Assembly: GCA_036172245.1 (NCBI GenBank)
Contig: JAYWIR010000025.1
Coordinates: 1,178,001-1,242,000 of the forward strand
DNA: 64,000 nucleotides
Direction of reading: 5' to 3'
From: Raillietiella orientalis
Lineage: Eukaryota
The position numbers were made by a program, and so were the translations under genes. Every line of letters starts with the position of its first letter. Within the stretch, counting starts at the first letter, position 1. Shown here in pieces: positions 25,051-37,479 of the stretch. A model generated the notes under the pieces. The model had not been told where the DNA came from, searched no databases, and worked only from the letters and a program-made list of their open reading frames with translations.

Positions 25051-25699
25051 ATATGAATCCAACTGAGTGGTTATTTAACCAAATGTATTTATGTCAAGTC
25101 TAACATTCGATACATCATGAAATGTATCTTAAGAAGGATATTTGAAGCAGAGAAACTAAGACGTTCTTTAACGTAAGTATACTGCAAACGTGTAGAATAT
25201 TAGTAAACGTATACGATGTCCCGCAGCATAGTAAGAATTGACCAGAAAGTTCTCGATCTCTTCTATTTGGTTCTTCCATGCATCTCGTCGTGAAGTACGA
25301 ATCAGCATATTTCAAATACTTTAAGGAGGGATCTAAAAATCCAATTCTTGTGCTCATTTCCTGGCCTTTGAAAGCCAAGCGGGAAATTCCTCTACGAGAG
25401 GTTTCTCACACAGGAGGGCATAAATAGGTGCTTTACTCTGCTAGGGTTCGCCGAACGTAAGCAAGACTTGCAAACATGCTCAAGAAACCCAAAATCGTCC
25501 CGAAATGCAGAAGTCTCTTCAGGTAGTGCAATAAACAATTTCCAAGACAATCCCATATTTAGCGAGTTTGCAGTAACTCCTCCTCTGTTCCAGTGTATAC
25601 ATTATAAGCAAGATTGAATACACTTAGATGGTTTAGTTTATGTTATCCACTCCCTATGCTCCTCATGGCATCCATCTTGTGCTTGGAACGAAATTAATA

Positions 25700-26150
25700 G
25701 GACATGGGGTCCCATAAATGCGGGTTACGTCTTTCCCCGGTCAAGTATCACAGGACTTGTTTGAAACTGGTGTACCGCCCTCCCAGGAAGTTCGATTTCG
25801 TTTTCACCGGAGGTCCGTTTTATCTTTTTATTTGTTTGAATCTTTTTTCCCCATTCTGCGCTTTCTGCTTTTGAAACGGGAACTCCACTCCTCCGTCGGT
25901 GAGAACACGAAAAGAGCGAACATCATGAACCGGACAGATTGGATTCTACGGCGGTGGAATCAGGGTTGCCACAAAACAAGCTGCCACCTTAATCAGCAAA
26001 TCGAATTCGAAAGCCAATCGTGGAGACCAGGGGCCGCTTCAATCCCCTATTCGGTTCGGTTCTCGCCACCAGCTGCTACAAGATACCTTCTACGTGCGCA
26101 GAAAAGACTAGAATTTGTGCAGTAAGTAGAAGGGCAAATTCATTGCCCCT
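25700..26150 (+). mobile_element. RTE-like RT fragment (domains 4-5)
   Basis: FHRRSVLSFYLF (~LHQGSALSPYLF), then W...KTSCHLNQQIE. Confidence 0.45.
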
Positions 26151-27149
26151 GTTATTTGTATCGTAATGATCCAAAATCACGGTGATGCAAACTCACCCGC
26201 CTAAGCATTTATCCAATTCAGGCTCCAAAATCTTCGGGATTCCGACTGATATTTAGAGAAAGATTGTTCATCAATAGGACATTGATTTATAAGACTTTCG
26301 GAGGATGGGGAAATACATCCTAATTTTATCTTATATAGCATCGCCACCACCTTCGACAGACATATGTACCCGGCCAAATGTAGTGAAGAAAGCACCTCCA
26401 AATCACTCAGAAACCTTTGATTTATTTCGGGTTCGTTTCCACCTCAGCATCTTCGTATGATATTCTCGATTTCTTCGGTCGTTGGCGTTTGGAACTGAGG
26501 ATTCCAATCCATTCGTTTATGGATTCGGAATCCCTGTAACGAAGAAATGAATACCAATATCGTACATTTTTCCATCTTAATAGAATAATTTTATTATTCT
26601 GCCTCCCTTTTTTTTTTTTTTTTTTTTCTGCACGCTGACTTTCAGGAAGGCAACAAAATTGTACCAGAGCTCAAAAGAAGCCTAAGAGAGTGCCTCTGGA
26701 CTGCTGAAAAAATAGGATTGCTTTTGTGGACTCGAGATTCATTTAGAGCACTGGCAAGTGCGGAGTGGAAGTCCCATGAATCTGCCTGGCATCCATTTTC
26801 CCGCAAAAGGCATCCAATAGAAATCCCGTCCAAGTTCACATGTGTGCAGCAAGAAGCCACTCTTCAGGAATTTTTGGTTCGTGATTTACGGTAAAGCATA
26901 GAAAAACATCTCAGAAAGCCACTCTTTCCACACGAGCAATGATTCTCCACTGAATATGGATTAAAAGACCGGCTCGTTCCGTTTTATTTTGTTTTTCGAA
27001 AAAGGAAAAGCTGCGAAGCTAGTAGGGGTTGACTAGACAACGCGGGACTAGACGATTATGGTTTGGTTAGCTGATCTTCCTGAACACAGCATCAAATCAG
27101 CGGTGTTAGTTCCACGTACTGAAGAGAAGCATGAGCCTCGAAGGTTCCA

Positions 27150-27620
27150 ACCGCTCTGGAAACATTTGGTGTTCACCGGTCAGATTTGTTTTTCGATCTG
27201 TTCTGGTATGCTTTAACGGTTTCCTGGATGCTGTTAGTGACTGGCTTCGAAGCACGTTTGCAGAGCTCCTGGATGGAGAAAGGTGAGGTGAATGTCGTCA
27301 GCACGTGAACGATGACTGAGTTCTGAGGGGATTCCCTGGAAGAACGGGCAGCCAAAATTCGCTGGAGATTAAAGGCTTGCAGAGTTATGATGAGTGCGGA
27401 AGAGGAAGAACATTCTTGCATGCCGCTGGACGTTCCAAGTTGCACCACGTGGATGGAGAGAACAAACCGAAATTCTCTTCCCTATAAGATGGTCATATGT
27501 AGTATCTCCACTGAATCTCCAATACAGGATAGAGTGTCCCTTCTGGTGCAAATTCAGCATTTGAGGGCTACTGTTGGTTGCTCACTAATGGTTTCCTTTT
27601 GTCCATTGAACGAAAGTTCC
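27150..27620 (-). mobile_element. CR1/Jockey-like RT fragment (domains 3-6)
   Basis: HSILYWRF..DHLIGKR, TSSGMQECSSSSAL (~G+.QG..LSP), RADDIHL at 27305-27285, ALQTCFE. Confidence 0.65.
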
Positions 27621-27651
27621 ATTCCTTTGGGCATTTCTTGGGAGGGTCGAC

Positions 27652-27667
27652 GTGTGTGTGTGTGTGT
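27652..27667. repeat. (GT)8 microsatellite
   Basis: Directly visible. Confidence 0.9.
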
Positions 27668-27839
27668 TTGAGAGAAAGGGGAGGAGATATAAATTTGGAG
27701 CGCATCGGAAGAAATGCCAAATCTGAAACTCCTGTCTACCCATCAGTGTTGGATCTTGTTGCAGGATCTCGTTATTAATCTCTGTTTGAAAGCTACACGT
27801 GCACGTGGAATTTAGTAAACACGACGGAGATCTTCACGT

Positions 27840-28020
27840 GCCTTTTTGGGAGAAAACAAGGGAACTGCTCATGTGCGTTTGCCTCACTCTGCCACACTAA
27901 TGGATGAAAAGCACGCTGAACTCAACAGCGATGGATGCTTGTAGACATGGATTAACCGAGGGGAAGACGCAACGAGGCCCAAGACCGAGGTTGCATGGGT
28001 GAACGAAGACTTTCCTTTAT
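27840..28020 (+). mobile_element. RTE C-terminal fragment
   Basis: HGLTEGKTQRGPRPRLHG (~G.+EG+R.RGRPR..W). Confidence 0.4.
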
Positions 28021-28399
28021 CGGTTTGAGTCGGTGATTTTCGTCACGAAAGGCGCCATCCGCGTTTTAGGAGCGCTTCAGGGAGTAATCCGACTCGGCTT
28101 CCGTGCCTTTGACGACAAGCTGGCACAGGATTTCCGAGGAGTCATCGTTCCTGATTTAAAGCGGGCTACTGGAGCAACGATTCGTTGATTTCTCGGCTTT
28201 CTCCTCTCTCATCAGCATCAGGGTCCACCGCAGAAATCACTCTTTCGGTTCCAGCTCTGTGTTTTGGCTCGATGGGGTGCAGGAGAGCTAAAAAATTTCC
28301 TAGCAGCAACGATTTGTAAGTCACGTGCTATGGGTCCGTTTTCCTATAGCATCATCATTTCCGAGAGACGGAAGTGTTTCTCGCTCATTCCAAGACTTC

Positions 28400-29040
28400 G
28401 CCAAGAGAAAAGCCCTACATGAACAAAAGATTTTTAATCCTTCTACACATTGATCTCATCCTTTTTAGAAAGATGTCCCTCAACGTGATTAAAGTACTTA
28501 AGCAGTGCCTTCTCACTCCCTCGTTCTTTTTATGCAAGGACCCTTGACTCCCACATTCAGGGAAAATCATTTTTCCTGCCCTATTCGATTCACAGCTAAA
28601 TTGCGTTTCTTTGTTGAAAAAAACAAGGCAACGAGTTGAGGGCTTACCTGGAGGGACTCTGAAAATTTGGAGGGTCGTAGTTGTTCATGTAACATCGAGT
28701 TGGGTGTGTCCCTGACTCTGATCCCGATCACTGAAGATGCTTCTTGATCGAGAAACGTCAATGTATCATCGTTGGATTTACTTCCTTGTTGTAATGGATT
28801 GCCAGCCTTGGACTCTATGAGCTTGGCCTCATTTATAATTTCACACAGACACGTGGGATTCCAGTACCATTCCTCCTGTCTTCATCTTTGTTTTTGCCAT
28901 GGTTCAAGGAAAAACGAAAGCTCTGAAGAAATTCTTAATGGATGGGAGGATAGGTTGAAGTTGATAGATGGCTAGCTGCCTTCTAGTTTTTCCGTCTCCA
29001 TATCTTTGCAACTCTAGTTTCAACGCCCTCAGAACGAAAA
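28400..29040 (-). mobile_element. L1-like RT fragment
   Basis: LAIYQLQPILPSIKNFFRAFV (~RL..+LP.+I...Q.AF+), GIPRVCVKL, GIRVRDTPNSML (~G+RQGDPLSP.L). Confidence 0.55.
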
Positions 29041-29074
29041 AAAAAGGTACGTGATTTGAGCATTCATTTTCACA

Positions 29075-29300
29075 ATGATGACAATGACGACGACAACAGC
29101 AGCACCAGCTCTCACTGCAGGACTGAACATTGCGAAATCCATTGCTGCGAAAATAAAGGCACAAGACATTTTGAACCACCTGTCCATCTGCCAGTCACGA
29201 AACACGTCTTTTCATTGGGCGTGTTCGCGCCTCTTCCGGAACACATTGCAAAATTCTGGTTCACACCCAGGTGACCGACGCGTCAAAACTGGCTTCTGAA
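29075..29300 (+). mobile_element. Possible retroelement RNase H C-terminal fragment
   Basis: QDILNHLSICQSRNTSFHW...GDRRVKTG (~I...L......+.F.W+..H...GN..AD..AK.G). Confidence 0.35.
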
Positions 29301-29559
29301 GGATTTCCATGCTCATGATGCTGGGATAGGAAACAGCATCAAAACATATGAACTTATCCTTACCTCATTCGTTTCATTCCACCTTGCAGTAAGCAAGTTC
29401 TTCGAAGCTTCAAGGGCAGCTTCAAAGGACATCTCTTTATCCATGGGACTGCTTGTTCTTCTCATTTGGTTTCAAGGGAAACGGTTGGTAGGTTTCTACC
29501 ACGATGCCCTAGAGTTCCTTCCTGTCACTGTTTCAATTAAATACGGGTGAGCGAGGCCG

Positions 29560-30150
29560 ATAATTTATTTCTTATTTGTTTTTTCGCATTTGCCCAGCGA
29601 GCTCATAGTAGATGAGCCATTCATGCATGGGGAGATAGGGTGCATCGACATCTATAAAGGGTATTTGGATCGATAGCTCGTAATCTTTACAAAGTGATAC
29701 ACTTGGATGGTGGAATGGGGATCTCAAGCAAACTTTTAAGGCAGCCCTGCGTTTATGGAAATCGAACCTTTTGGTCCACGGAAGATTCAGCATGCAGTGG
29801 ATAGTTGAGCGCCACAAGAACCTTGACATTTGTCAAATGGCAGCTCCATCGAGAGAAGCTGGCAATCGCGTTGCTTATCTCCTTTGGAACTCAACTCGGT
29901 TCCCGGATGCAAAGTGTACGAATTCATCCTAATGGATGCAACGATTCTCCCAAGACATGGGGAAAAACAATAGGAAGCCTCAAATTTAGATTTCACGGCC
30001 ATCCACGAAATGCAAAAGCAGCAACCACGAGAGAGAAAAATATACCAGGCAACAACAGCTGCGTGCTTTCGTTGAGCCGAAGGTTGGATTTGATCACCCA
30101 GAGAACTTTCCTGTTTGTTTCTCCATGGTTCTGGAGATTTCATCCTTCTA
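29560..30150 (-). mobile_element. RTE-like RT fragment (domains 0-3)
   Basis: KSPEP, KGDKQRDCQ, LCKDYELSIQIPFIDVDAPY (~EKC.EY..P+...FID...AYD). Confidence 0.65.
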
Positions 30151-30589
30151 GTTCATAAATATCCAAGGGCGCTTGTAAACTGGAAGCATAGGAAAGGTCG
30201 TTCATTTTTGTAATAGCAAATGGTGTTTATAAAATCTTCATTCCATCTCTTATTTCTGATGGCACAGTATGCAGATCGGACTTCCAAAAGAATACAAAGC
30301 AGCTTGTTTCTTTTTTTCCAGAAAGTTCCAGTTAAACCAAAAGGAAAAAGAGATGGTGTGAGCTTTCTTGGTGAAGTGATTCCTGAAAACCACGTTTAGC
30401 AGAAAACGGTTCAAAAACAACCACGTGATGGTGAGTTCACATGAAACTGCTGGAACTGTTGCACTCGGAGGTTTTCACATTCCAAATTCTTCCAAATTCC
30501 GGTCACACACACGGAAAAAAAAACAAAACAAAAAATAAATGACACTGGGCAAAGGAATGTGCCATCTGAAATGTAAAGTTCAGATATCC

Positions 30590-31340
30590 CCTGCATGGAG
30601 AAGTTGCCCAGGAGGCCTGAAAACGTACTCTGTCTCTCAATCTTGTTTCGAAACGCCAATGTCCGACCTTAGGACCGCAGCTATCCATAACGCAGTCTTT
30701 CAGGTGGCTGTAAAAACACTGGAGGAAAAGAATGCTTGATCTTCTTCAGAAGAAATCCTTCGGAAAGAGTTCAGTTTATTGTATTCCAGGACTAATGCAG
30801 CAACAGACTGGAGAAATTGCTCCCACTGTGTCATTTTAACTGCCTATCGAAGTAAGATGGCTAATGATTTATTTACTTGTTGTCTTTATTCTCACATTTG
30901 CTCAGTAAACTCACAGAAGATGATCCACCCCCGCACCATGGAAAGGCTCAGTCCTATAGGCTGCTTTGCTAGTGTGACTTGTTTATCAAATATATATGAG
31001 CCTTCCCAACTAGATTCTAATAACGCTATGATTGATAAAGGTTGGCCCAGGAGACTTGCTTTCTCTCACTAGCCATTCCTTGCTCATTTTTCCCGTTTCT
31101 GTCTTTGAAATTCTGTTTGCTTGCGTGCCTCCCTCATTACAGTAATTCCTACAGATTTCCCAGCGTATTGTTCAGTTCATACTTTCCCTGGACCATTCTG
31201 TGTTCAGCTTCCCAAATGCTGGCAGATCTTCATATGGGTCTCTTCTTGAGGGAATATCTCAAGCGCTAACGTTAATAGCCTGCGTTCTCTCCTGTGGCAG
31301 TACTCAAGAGCATCTAGTGTCGTGATGACTTTATGCGTGA
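30590..31340 (+). mobile_element. L1-like RT fragment
   Basis: AIHNAVFQVAVKTLEEK, IDKG/PGDLLS (~RQGD.LSP), CRDDF (~ADD) near 31320. Confidence 0.5.
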
Positions 31341-32319
31341 ACAGAGGGGATGCCACCTATCAGCTGCTTGGACAAAGGCCGAATTCGCGTTTGGTCACTC
31401 CATGAAGCGTGGTACAATAGACTGTCCGATTCCTTGAAGCCAGAAGATTTCGAAGGGGATGAACGGCTGCCGAACAGAGCAGAGATTTTTGGATGCCATC
31501 GCAAATTTTAGTTATGCGTAAAACCAAGTAGACGGACACATGGGAGTGTGTGTGACCTATTGTACTCAACATGGCTACTTCCGACACCGAAGAACTGCCA
31601 GTCATTAACAAAATACCACAATTCCTCATTTGTTTGTTCACCATTCTCCATGAAAGAGTAGCCAACACACATACCAATTTGCCATCATACTGTGGACATG
31701 CTCAAAAATTCTTCCTGTTCCCTATTTTCCAGAGACAAGAGGTGCAAGGTTCTTGCATGCGTTAGCAGACTCCAGTGATGAGTCCCCTAGATGATTCTCA
31801 GTTCTTTCATCCACGAATCTCTTGTACCGAATGGCACTGAATTCATAAATAGTCAAGGTAGGTTTTCATGATTTGTCCAAATGAGACTATTCCTCAGCTT
31901 CCTTGATTCCTGATGATGCATCTTTTAGCTTGGCATGCACCTCGCGCATCATCCAATCACTCTGGAGGAATCCTCTGTGGAAAGCCGCGGAGCTTTCTAT
32001 CCCTTTGCAGCCACTTTTGAATTCCAGGTTGAGAGCTGATGAAACAAGTTGTGATAATTCATTAGAAGGCCTACGAACGCGCTTGTGAACCCCACTGCAG
32101 GATCTTTCTGCGGGTTTTGTTTCTGTATCTCGCGAATTTCGCGCCTTTCGTTCTCTTCTAGTGAGGTGTCTTCCCCTTCGCAACGGTCCTTCGTGGAAGC
32201 CACGTTAAAACGTTCCTGATGCTCTGATGCTTTCTAAAAGTTCCCGAGACTTCGCCTTCCCCCTTTAGTTGCATCTCTATTGAGCTCTAGCTCGTCGCAT
32301 TGATGGTGATGGCCGAAAT

Positions 32320-32830
32320 GCGCCTTCTTCGATTCCCAAAATGCTGGAATGATGTAAATTGGCTTTTACACAAGCCCATCTATTCCCTATGTGAATCCAG
32401 CCGCGAACCGTACCGGGAAACTCAGAATCAGCCATTTTGAGAAAGGTTCTGCCCATATTATCACTATTGAGTACATTCAAGGGAGAAGTGACTCCAGTTC
32501 CATTGCTCTAAGTTCCATTGATCTGCATCAGGACAGACTGAAACGGATTCGAGCAGAACAAAAGGCTGTTTGAATAAAAAGAATTAAACAGTATGGAATT
32601 CGATTCAATGAGCAAGATATCTGGACCAGACTCAGGAACAGCCTCGGTTTTATTCAAGGAACAAGAAATGCAATACAAAAAAGAGCCCATAACATCAGGA
32701 AGGCACAAAGCTGAATTGATGCAAAAATGATGTGCTTCTGCATCGCTTACCCACGTGTCCTCGCGCGTGAACTAAGGGCTCTGGAGTCGCCTCATGTCTT
32801 CCTCTCTGGAGGATACCCATCCCATCATTC
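32320..32830 (+). mobile_element. LINE RT fragment (domains 1-3)
   Basis: IPK..W, NPAAN-YR...ISHFEK..HII, GFEQNK, RELRALESP. Confidence 0.4.
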
Positions 32831-32989
32831 ACGGCTTTCTCCCCAACTTCTTGGCTGTGGCATTCCAGTGTTCTCTCACAAACGTGCTGTGCCCCCATCC
32901 TCCTTGGACACGGTTCCCGTGGCAGTCGTTGCTGATATGAGTTCGTGGCGTGTCATTCTTCGCACAGCCGCCACATACTCCGTTTGAGA

Positions 32990-34300
32990 TCCCAGGCGAA
33001 GAGAGCATAGGGAATGGGCAGCAGCATGGGTTGCAAAGGGACTCCGAATAGGGAGACAAATATGATCTCCTGTCCCCACCATGAATGCGAGCCTGACTCT
33101 GAAGAATCGAGTGGAAGAGGAACACATGATCGTCTGGAAACCTCAAAATACTATGGAAAGAAGCCATCCACTGCAGCCTCGGCAACCAGTTCACCCACTA
33201 AATGAGTGGATGGCTTCTTTCTGAAGGGGAAAGTAGAGGGAATGGTTTAAGAAAATTCATGATCGGGAGACAGGAAGATATGAAGGCATACTTAGCGACA
33301 CAGAAACCACCAGTACACGTCCAAGTTCTTGCGACCACGAGAACCCAAGTTAGTAGACAAGGCTCCGTGCTGTAAATACCACTCCAAACCCAAGCAGCTT
33401 AAAGAGAATGTCTTTTGCCAACGTTGTCTTTGGATCTTTCCTACCAGATGCAGATAGGATACCCTTCCATTGCGTTCTTCAGCCTATGCCACATACATAC
33501 GATCTGATTTTACCATGACGTAAGTTGCGTAGAAATAATGTGGAGGAAATTCGTGAACTCGATAAATTTTTCCGTAGCAAATTGGCGCACATCGCAGAAT
33601 TCCCGACATTTTCTACTCTCACAAGTGCTTCCTGCTGGCAGTCGTTTTCTTATGATCAGCTGGTTGAACTTTTAGTGTGCAATAGAAGGTACTTCTACAC
33701 TGTGCTTTCAAGAGGGATGTATCTTGAAGCTGCCATACTTTCGAGATTGCAGATGTATCTCGGGTGTGTTGTTACTACTGACAAAAATGTTTGGTGCTTG
33801 TGTTTTTAATAATGATGTGATTAATTTCAAAAGCTTCAAACCGCACCTGGAGATCCATTTTTTCCTTGAGCATCCGATCTGGATGCAATGTATTCATCAA
33901 TCTTTGGTGATATTTCCAACTATTGTATGAAGAATCGAATATTCATGCACATCCAAGTTAAGAGTTTCCATAAATTAGGTTAATGAAATGGATGTCTTAT
34001 GCTTAAGTTCATAATCTTTCCCTCATCAGGATGGGAAGAGCCATTAGTTTTCCTGCTACTGAGATTCATTATCAAGGTGTGACGCAAGAGTTAATTAAGA
34101 TTTCCTCTTTTCCCATTTCCTATGCTTCTAGGTCTTGTATTAAGAAACTGAAAGTATCAGACGCGTTCTAAAAAGCAGGGAAAAGCAACCATTTTTCAAG
34201 TTTCAGTTAATCTACTCCCTTAGAGAATCCATTATCTATTACCTATTCAGAAGAAGGGAACACTCTCCTCACGAGAGCAGTTAGTCATCTTATGAAAAAG
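32990..34300 (-). mobile_element. RTE-like RT/C-terminal relic
   Basis: FLIQDLEA*, QRQRWQKTFSL, ARTWT (~GSETWT), RLQW...ILRFPDDH (~RL.W.GH+.RM.D.R). Confidence 0.5.
33156..33221. repeat. Perfect 17-bp inverted repeat, 32-nt spacer
   Basis: gaaagaagccatccact (33156-33172) / agtggatggcttctttc (33205-33221). Confidence 0.9.
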
Positions 34301-34429
34301 GAAAATAGGATCTCGAAGTTAGACTTTCATCTGCCAGCATTATTATGTGCTGGTGTTCGGCGTTCTGTGCTCAAGTTCACGACGGTCAGGGTGAGGCCAA
34401 AGATTTTGATTTCAAGTGCAGTCATCATC

Positions 34430-34780
34430 AATTTCCGGTGAGGTCAAATGTGTTCTTTTGATCACCGAAAAAACTTCACCAGTGTGATTCCATAAGAAAT
34501 AAATATCTGCATTTTCTCGCTGAAACTGAAATAATCTCACTTTATCAAGGGAAAATTCAGACGAAGACTGAAGCTGGGGAAAGCTGGTTTATACCAAAGT
34601 TCTCTTTACAGGTCCCCACTTCTGAATTTTCTCGCTGATTTTCTCCTGATCCTTTAAGAGTGAAATTTAACTTTGTAATTTTACTATTGCCTCCTCGTAA
34701 TATCATTTTCAGTTTTTTTTGTTTCGTTTTTAATCTTACCATGATTTGAGAAGCCTTATTGGATGATTTTCATTAGTGGA
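34430..34780 (+). mobile_element. LINE RT fragment (domains 3-5)
   Basis: FDHRKNFTSV (~D..KAFD.V), GLYQSSLYRSPLLNFLADF (~G+.QG..LSP.LFN+..D), LLDDF. Confidence 0.5.
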
Positions 34781-34899
34781 TATGTTGCCATGATCCCGTA
34801 AACCGCACTGCTAAAAACAAGAAACTCGGAAATCCAACTGCAAAAAAATAAAAAATAAAAAACTAACCAATCACGAAAATACAAATGGGTACGAGCAGT

Positions 34900-35320
34900 G
34901 TGGCTTGTGAATGAGAGAACTGAAGATCACCCTTGACAACGCGACAGTGCTCACAGAAAGAGCAAACGAAACGTCCAGATGTAAGGTCCGCACCTCGCCG
35001 CCGTGGGGTTCCCATGACAGCGGCGATCCTCGCCGGAGCCTCACTGCCGTGGCGTCTCTACGGAAGTGAGGCTCAGGCGAGGGGATGCAAGAAAATACCT
35101 GATTCTGCATCTTGACGGAAATAATAGATCTGCCATTTTTCATCTTTTGGACGAAATCGCAATCACGGCTCTGAAGGTTGAGATCCCAGCAAAGTCGCCA
35201 TTCGGCAACGTTTTCGGGCTTCGAGACGCTCTTGTTCCCTATACGTCCACCAACCTCCGTCTTTATCTTCTGGAGAATCGAGACTTACTCGACCCTCTGC
35301 CATTTTCGTGAATGAGTATT
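34900..35320 (-). mobile_element. LINE RT fragment (domains 3-4)
   Basis: LVDV*GT, DFVQKMKNGRSIISVKMQN, RLRRGSPLS (~GLRQG.PLS). Confidence 0.55.
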
Positions 35321-36126
35321 TTTTCCATAGGAGTTTCATGCTCTATCTATCTAATGGAGACTCTCTCTTCACCTCATGAGCCAACTTCCTTGGTGCTCTG
35401 CTGACCTGGCTAATAATTTCTATCATCCCAACCTGCTTTCTGGCTTCTTTAGATTGCTCGGGTGCTGTTCTGTCGGTCGATTGGCTTTACCCATCAAGCC
35501 CTATAAGTGAAAATTCTCGTCCACGTGGATAAGCAGAGAGAAAGCTCTACCTATTCGAATGGTGGCCACTCGATTGACGTGCTTGGTCGTCGTCTTCTCA
35601 ATCGAAAGAACATTTCATATTCCCAGGAGCAAGTAATTTTTTTTCCTCAATAGCATGGAAACCAAAAAAAGCAACAATCAGCTTCCTCCAGGAAGAAATG
35701 CAGTCTTTATTACCAGTTGGTCCACCACGGTTAACGCGAAATATGAAGTGGCGACTTTCCTTTCCCCGTAAACGCGCAGGGACGACTAGTGGATGATTCG
35801 GAAAATTCATGCAGATGATTTCTAAGCAAACGGAAAGAATGGGAAGGACAGACCAGCTGGATGGTATGAACATGACTTGCAGCACTGCTTCAGCAGTATC
35901 TAGAGTGTGTATGGAAGAAAAAGCAAGGAATTCCCAGAGCTTACCGTGGAAACAGAATGAAAAAAACGCAATCAGCAGGAAGTCGAAACAGCTCCTGACC
36001 TTGACGGAAGTCGAGTCTTCCGTTCGAAAAGCCCACAGGGTTTCCATCTTCTCAAGAGCCAACTCTTGGATCTCAGAGGAACAATGCCATGAAGAGTCTA
36101 GAAGATAGAGCATACAAACATTCAAC

Positions 36127-36216
36127 GAAGAGAAGAAAAAAAGAACACGAAAAAGTAAAAAAAAAAAAAGAAAGGAAGAAAGAGAGAGAGAGAGAGAAAG
36201 AAGCAGAGACAGAGAC
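36127..36216. repeat. Purine-rich tract with poly-A and (AG)8
   Basis: Directly visible. Confidence 0.9.
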
Positions 36217-37479
36217 ACTGATGCTTGAGAAGTGCTTTGTCGCTGCATCCCAGGGCGGCACTTTTCATGCGAACCCTAGAGTGCATCGTCGAGTTGATTG
36301 TGTTGAAAAGGCACGAAAAGGAAGGAGCACGAGTTTCGCGGAGGAGCCACTTCTAGGAAAGGGAAAGGAGTGCAGGTCAAAATGGACGACTTGCTTGAGA
36401 GGACGAGACTCTCGTCCCCTGGATGACAGTCGGAACGAGTCCCTCCTGAAGCCCTCCCGTCTCTGCACTGGATGACATGGGAGCAGTCTGAGATGCCGAA
36501 AGTGAACTTGGAAAACAACTCTGAGTCGCAGACGTGTGCGAATAGGTGGCAACACGCTGTTGCTGTTGATCTTGATGGAGACATCGTAGGATAAGGGGCA
36601 GGACCGGAGGGTGCGCTGCCATTCTGCGACTTTCGAGCAGCTGGAGTTTGCTGAGATCTGTAAGTCCGGCAAACTGCCGCAGATGCAGCATAAAGGTCCC
36701 GAAATGTGTTTCTCAGTTTCTATCTGGAAATCGTTCTTCTAGTTCTTCCGGACCAGAGGAAATTTCATGATGGAGGAAATCAGTGAGGACGCAATTCTTG
36801 GAAGTGTTGGGAAGGACTGGAAAGAGAGTCTCTGAAGCAGAAGGAATGGCGAAAATTTCGATTGTTCTTCGGGACCAAGGGCTTCGGGTGGTATCTGAAA
36901 CTTTTGGAAGCCAAGCAGATGTCCGGATCGGCAGCATCGAGAACATCCTTTGGAGGTTCCTGTTGCCTATGGCAAGCACTGTGCTGCGGCTTCGGGTTGC
37001 AGAGAATGCAACGTTCTGGGTCGCGCGAGAAGCCGATCTCAGAGGATTGACCAAAAGAGAACTGCAAACTTCTAATGGATAAGACAAAAAGGGACCGATT
37101 GATTGGTGAGAATCTCGACAATGATCCAAAGCGATGGTTTAAAAAATCGTTGACAGCCAACATTTGCAACTTCATCGTGCTTTTAACTATTTCTTTCCCT
37201 TTTCCCCTCAAAAAGAAGAGTCAAAGAGCATCGTTTGGATAGACATCACTTGTCTCAGCTATCCGATCCAATGCACCAACCTCAGGTCACTTGCAAGCAT
37301 GAGTGGTGTCTGCAGATCGTGTGTGTGCTACCTATTTGTTGAAAAACTCGGGGTTGCCGTAGGGAGTTGTCACTTTCATTCACCAAAAATCAGTTTACTG
37401 GATAAGTGGAAGGATTACATAGAAAATGGAGGGCGAATCCTTACAATTTTGAACATCTTCATGCTCTGCCTGTCTTGCT

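Noticed and set aside
26607..26628. Poly-T tracts (also ~42095-42114) as LINE poly-A tails or terminators
   Set aside because: No matching element 3' end or TSD could be tied to them, and homopolymers are common throughout the window.
35598..36248. 216-aa ORF with a hydrophobic 'signal/TM' N-terminus
   Set aside because: The hydrophobic stretch is the translation of a (CT)n/poly-T microsatellite.
36400..37080. LINE C-terminal zinc knuckle
   Set aside because: Only faint traces (LPFC, VSQFL, RTQFLEVL); insufficient to call.
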